Shown here: one piece after another, positions 60,924 to 64,000 of the stretch
Layout of the letters: each line of letters opens with the position of its first letter
How positions within the stretch are numbered: the stretch's first letter is position 1
NCBI GenBank assembly: GCA_047602405.1
Contig: JASGHJ010000001.1
Span: 1,952,001-2,016,000 of the forward strand
From: Anaeromyxobacteraceae bacterium
Lineage (GTDB): Bacteria; Myxococcota; Myxococcia; Myxococcales; Anaeromyxobacteraceae
Length of the DNA stretch: 64,000 nt
Direction of reading: 5' to 3'
The notes under the pieces: model-generated
Database searches by the model: none
What the model saw: only the letters and a program-made list of their open reading frames with translations
What the model was told of the DNA's origin: nothing
Made by a program: the position numbers and the translations under genes

Positions 60924-63019
60924 GACGCGGTCACCAGCGAGCCCACGCCGCGATCGGTGAAGAGCTCGGCGATGATGGTGTGCGGCTGGCGCCCGTCGAG
61001 CACGTGCACCCGCTCGACCCCGCCGGCGAGCGCGACCAGGATCGACTGCGCCTTCCACTTCATGCCGCCGGTGATCGCGCCCGCGGCGACCCGCCGGCGC
61101 AGGTCCTCGGCCGACAGCGTCCGCAGGAGCTCGCCGTCGGGGGAGGACTCGAGGATGCCCGGCACGTCGGTGAGGTGGATGAGCTTCTTCGCGCCGACCG
61201 CGACCGCGACGGCGGCGGCCACCTCGTCGGCGTTGATGGAGAGCGTCGAGCCCGCCTCGGTGAGCCCGATGGGCGAGATGACCGGCACGTAGCCGCCCTC
61301 GAGGAACATCCTGAGGAAGTCCTTGTTCACCTCGACGACCTCGCCCACCTGGCCGAGGTCGCGGCCGCTCTCGTGCACCGCCTTCTTCGCGACGAGGAGC
61401 TTGCCGTCCTTGCCGGAGAGCCCGACCGCCATCGCGTCGCGGGCGTTGAGGAGGGCGACGAGCTCCTGGTTCACCTTGCCGGTCAGCACCATCTCGACGA
61501 CCGGCAGGCTCTGCGCGTCGGTGACCCGCATGCCCTCGATGAACTCGGAGCGCTCGCCGAGCTTCTCGAGCGTCTTCGTGATCTCCGGCGCGCCGCCGTG
61601 GACGACGACGGGCCTGAGGCCCACGCGCTTCAGGAGCGCCACGTCCTCGGCGAAGGCGACCTTGAGGCTCTCCTTCACCATCGCGGCGCCGCCGTACTTC
61701 ACGACCGCCACCGTGCCCGAGAACGCCGCGATGTACTTGAGCGCCTCGGCGAGGAGGTTGCGCTTGAAGGTCGGGCTGTAGTTCGCGACCCGGTCGTCCT
61801 TCGCCACCCCGCCGTCGGCCTTCTGGATGACGAGGGAGGAGTAGTCGGCGTTGATCTTCACGTAGTCGTAGGACAGGTCGCAGCCCCACGCGACCGCCTT
61901 CTCGGCGCCGCCGCCGAGCTCGACGACCACCTCGACCCTCGCCTCCCGCATGCGCGACTTGAGCTCGTCGCGGTCGAAGTCGACGGGCTGGCTCTTCTCG
62001 TAGACCGGGAGCCCCTGGATCACGACCCGCGCCTGGAACGGATCGACCGGCCAGCCGCGGGCGCCCGCCTTCGCGCCGACGGTGGCGAGGATGCGGCCCC
62101 AGTTCGGGTCGGCGCCGAACACCGCCGCCTTCACGAGCGGCGAGGCGGCGATGGCCCGGGCGGTGTCGCGCGCGATCTCCGCGGACGGCGCCGCGGCGAC
62201 CGTGACCTCCAGCATGCGGGTCGCGCCCTCGCCGTCGGCGGCCATGGCGCGGGCCATCTCGCCGAGGAGGTCCTCGAGCGCCGCCTCGAGGACCGCGAGG
62301 TCGGGGGAGTCCTCCGCGATGCGCGGGTTGCCGGCGAGGCCGTTCGCGAGCGCGAGCACGGTGTCGTTCGTCGACATCTCGCCGTCGACGGTCACCATCT
62401 CGAGCGTCGAGCGGACCGCGCGGGAGAGGGCCGCCTGCAGCGCCGGCGGGGTCACCGCCGCGTCGGTGACGACGAGGCACATTGTGGTCGCGAGCTGCGG
62501 CGCGAGCATGCCCGAGCCCTTGCAGATCGCCGACAGCGTCGCGGCCTTGCCGCCGAGCACGAGCTCGCGCGCGGCCATCTTCGGCCGCGTGTCGGTGGTC
62601 ATGATCGCCTCGGCGGCGAGGTCGGGGTGGTCCCCGAGCTGCTCGACCAGGGCGGGCAGGGCGGTGACGACCTTCATGGCCGGGAGCCGCACGCCGATGA
62701 CGCCGGTGGAGGCGGTGAGGATCGCGCGCTTCTGCACCCCGAGCGCGTCGGCCACCGCCGAGCGGATCACCGTGACGTCGTCGAGCCCGGCCTGGCCGGT
62801 GAGCGCGTTCGCGTTGCCGGAGTTCGCGAAGATGGCGCGCATGCCCTCCGCGGGCACGCGGCCGCGGGCGTCCTGCACCGGGGCGGCGGGCGCCTTGTTG
62901 ATGGTGAAGACGCCGGCCGCGGCGGCCGGGTGATCGGAGACCACGAGCGCGACGTCGCGCCGGCTGGGCTTGAGGCCCGCCGCCACGCCGCCGAAGCGGA
63001 AGCCCTTCGGGATCTTCAC
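60920..63019 (-). CDS. argJ: Fused ornithine acetyltransferase (ArgJ) - acetylglutamate kinase (ArgB)
   Basis: NSGNANA, KGSGM, DGEGAT, WGCDLSYDYVKINADY, then VVKYGG, VHGGAPEI, GGMKWK in a single ORF. Confidence 0.92.
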   Translation of the reverse strand: MKIPKGFRFGGVAAGLKPSRRDVALVVSDHPAAAAGVFTINKAPAAPVQDARGRVPAEGMRAIFANSGNANALTGQAGLDDVTVIRSAVADALGVQKRAILTASTGVIGVRLPAMKVVTALPALVEQLGDHPDLAAEAIMTTDTRPKMAARELVLGGKAATLSAICKGSGMLAPQLATTMCLVVTDAAVTPPALQAALSRAVRSTLEMVTVDGEMSTNDTVLALANGLAGNPRIAEDSPDLAVLEAALEDLLGEMARAMAADGEGATRMLEVTVAAAPSAEIARDTARAIAASPLVKAAVFGADPNWGRILATVGAKAGARGWPVDPFQARVVIQGLPVYEKSQPVDFDRDELKSRMREARVEVVVELGGGAEKAVAWGCDLSYDYVKINADYSSLVIQKADGGVAKDDRVANYSPTFKRNLLAEALKYIAAFSGTVAVVKYGGAAMVKESLKVAFAEDVALLKRVGLRPVVVHGGAPEITKTLEKLGERSEFIEGMRVTDAQSLPVVEMVLTGKVNQELVALLNARDAMAVGLSGKDGKLLVAKKAVHESGRDLGQVGEVVEVNKDFLRMFLEGGYVPVISPIGLTEAGSTLSINADEVAAAVAVAVGAKKLIHLTDVPGILESSPDGELLRTLSAEDLRRRVAAGAITGGMKWKAQSILVALAGGVERVHVLDGRQPHTIIAELFTDRGVGSLVTAS

Positions 63020-63023
63020 CGGG

Positions 63024-64000
63024 CTAGCCTCCGATGAGGTCGAGGCCGTCGGTCTCCGGCCAGCCCATCACCGCGTTCATCGCCTGCACGGCCTGCCCGG
63101 CGGCGCCCTTCACGAGGTTGTCGATCGCGCTCGTCGCGAGCGCGAGCCCCGAGCGCGAGTCGACCGTCACCCCCACGTGGACCCGGTTCGTGTGCACCAC
63201 GTCCTTCACCTGCACCCTGTCGGCGGCGACGACGCGCACGAAGGGCTCGCCGGCGTACGCGGCGGCGTAGGCCTTCGTGAGGTCGGCCTGGGCGGGCGCC
63301 CCGACCGCGCGCAGCGCGACCGAGGCGAGGATCCCGCGGCGGATGGGCGCGAGGATGGGCGTGAAGGCGATGGGCCCGCAGCCGCCCGCGAAGCGCGCCA
63401 CGGTCTGCTCGATCTCCGGCACGTGCTGGTGCTTGCCGATGCGGTAGGCGCGGAAGTCGTCCGCGACCTCGACGAAGGAGTAGTCCTCCGTGGCCTTCCG
63501 GCCCGCGCCGGACACGCCGGAGAGCGCGGTGACGACGATGCCCTCCGTCGCGACGAGGCCGCTGCGGACGAGGGGGGCGATGGCGCAGGCGATGGCGGTC
63601 GCGTAGCAGCCCGGGTTCGTGACGAGCGTCGCGCCGGCGAGGCGGTCGCGTGCGAACTCGGGCAGGCCGTAGCGCGCCTCGGCGAGGAGCGAAGGGGCGG
63701 GGTGCTCGAAGCCGTACCAGCGCGGGTAGTCGGCCGGGTCGGCGAGCCGGAAGGCGCCGGAGAGATCGACGACGCGCTTCCCGCGCGAGAGGAGCTTCGG
63801 CGCGAGGTGGGCGGAGGCCTCGGCGGGCGTGGCGAGGAAGACGAGGTCCGCGTCGGCGGCGGCGGCCTCCTCGAGCGTCGAGTACGCGAGGCGGGCGAGG
63901 TCGCCGCCGAGCGGCAGGCGGTCGCCCGCCCGCTCGCCGGCCCACTTGTCGGAGTGCAGCGAGGTCACCTTCACGCGCGGGTGGCGCGCGAGGAGGCGGG
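63024..64000 (-). CDS. argC: N-acetyl-gamma-glutamyl-phosphate reductase (5' end outside window)
   Basis: DLSGAFRL, NPGCYAT, SGVSGAG, DNLVKGAAGQA. Confidence 0.95.
   Translation of the reverse strand, partial: RLLARHPRVKVTSLHSDKWAGERAGDRLPLGGDLARLAYSTLEEAAAADADLVFLATPAEASAHLAPKLLSRGKRVVDLSGAFRLADPADYPRWYGFEHPAPSLLAEARYGLPEFARDRLAGATLVTNPGCYATAIACAIAPLVRSGLVATEGIVVTALSGVSGAGRKATEDYSFVEVADDFRAYRIGKHQHVPEIEQTVARFAGGCGPIAFTPILAPIRRGILASVALRAVGAPAQADLTKAYAAAYAGEPFVRVVAADRVQVKDVVHTNRVHVGVTVDSRSGLALATSAIDNLVKGAAGQAVQAMNAVMGWPETDGLDLIGG

Overview
Very GC-rich chromosomal segment (roughly 75% by eye) whose gene content and codon style resemble Anaeromyxobacter (Myxococcota); this assignment is an inference. 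It carries about 60 CDSs. These include the 5' part of a Hyb-type [NiFe]-hydrogenase operon, four bacteriohemerythrins, haem/iron genes (ctaA-like, multihaem cytochrome c, mini-Fur-bfd-bfr-hemF, HemY-like), several peptidases, an SPFH-RHH operon, Fic/GNAT/Arr accessory genes, a RapA-like helicase, argE, dapF, REC signalling proteins, a PafBC-like WYL pair and argC-argJ/B-argR. It also has tRNA-Val and tRNA-Asp with an att-like 112-bp duplication. Six signals stand out. (1) A four-helix-bundle (IVS/Avd-like) gene is enclosed by mutually inverted hexamer microsatellite arms that share irregular units (20301-21203). (2) A ~590-bp non-coding fold-back palindrome shows G-U-biased pairing (5181-5771). 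(3) A stand-alone Fur dimerisation-domain gene with a Fur-like box heads bfd-bfr. (4) An Arr ADP-ribosyltransferase is fused to a DnaJ-type zinc finger. (5) An integrase-less islet sits at tRNA-Asp. (6) Eleven +1 frameshifts fall at GATC or GCTCTTC, probably methylation-linked basecalling errors rather than pseudogenes. All products were assigned by motif recognition; no database search was run.
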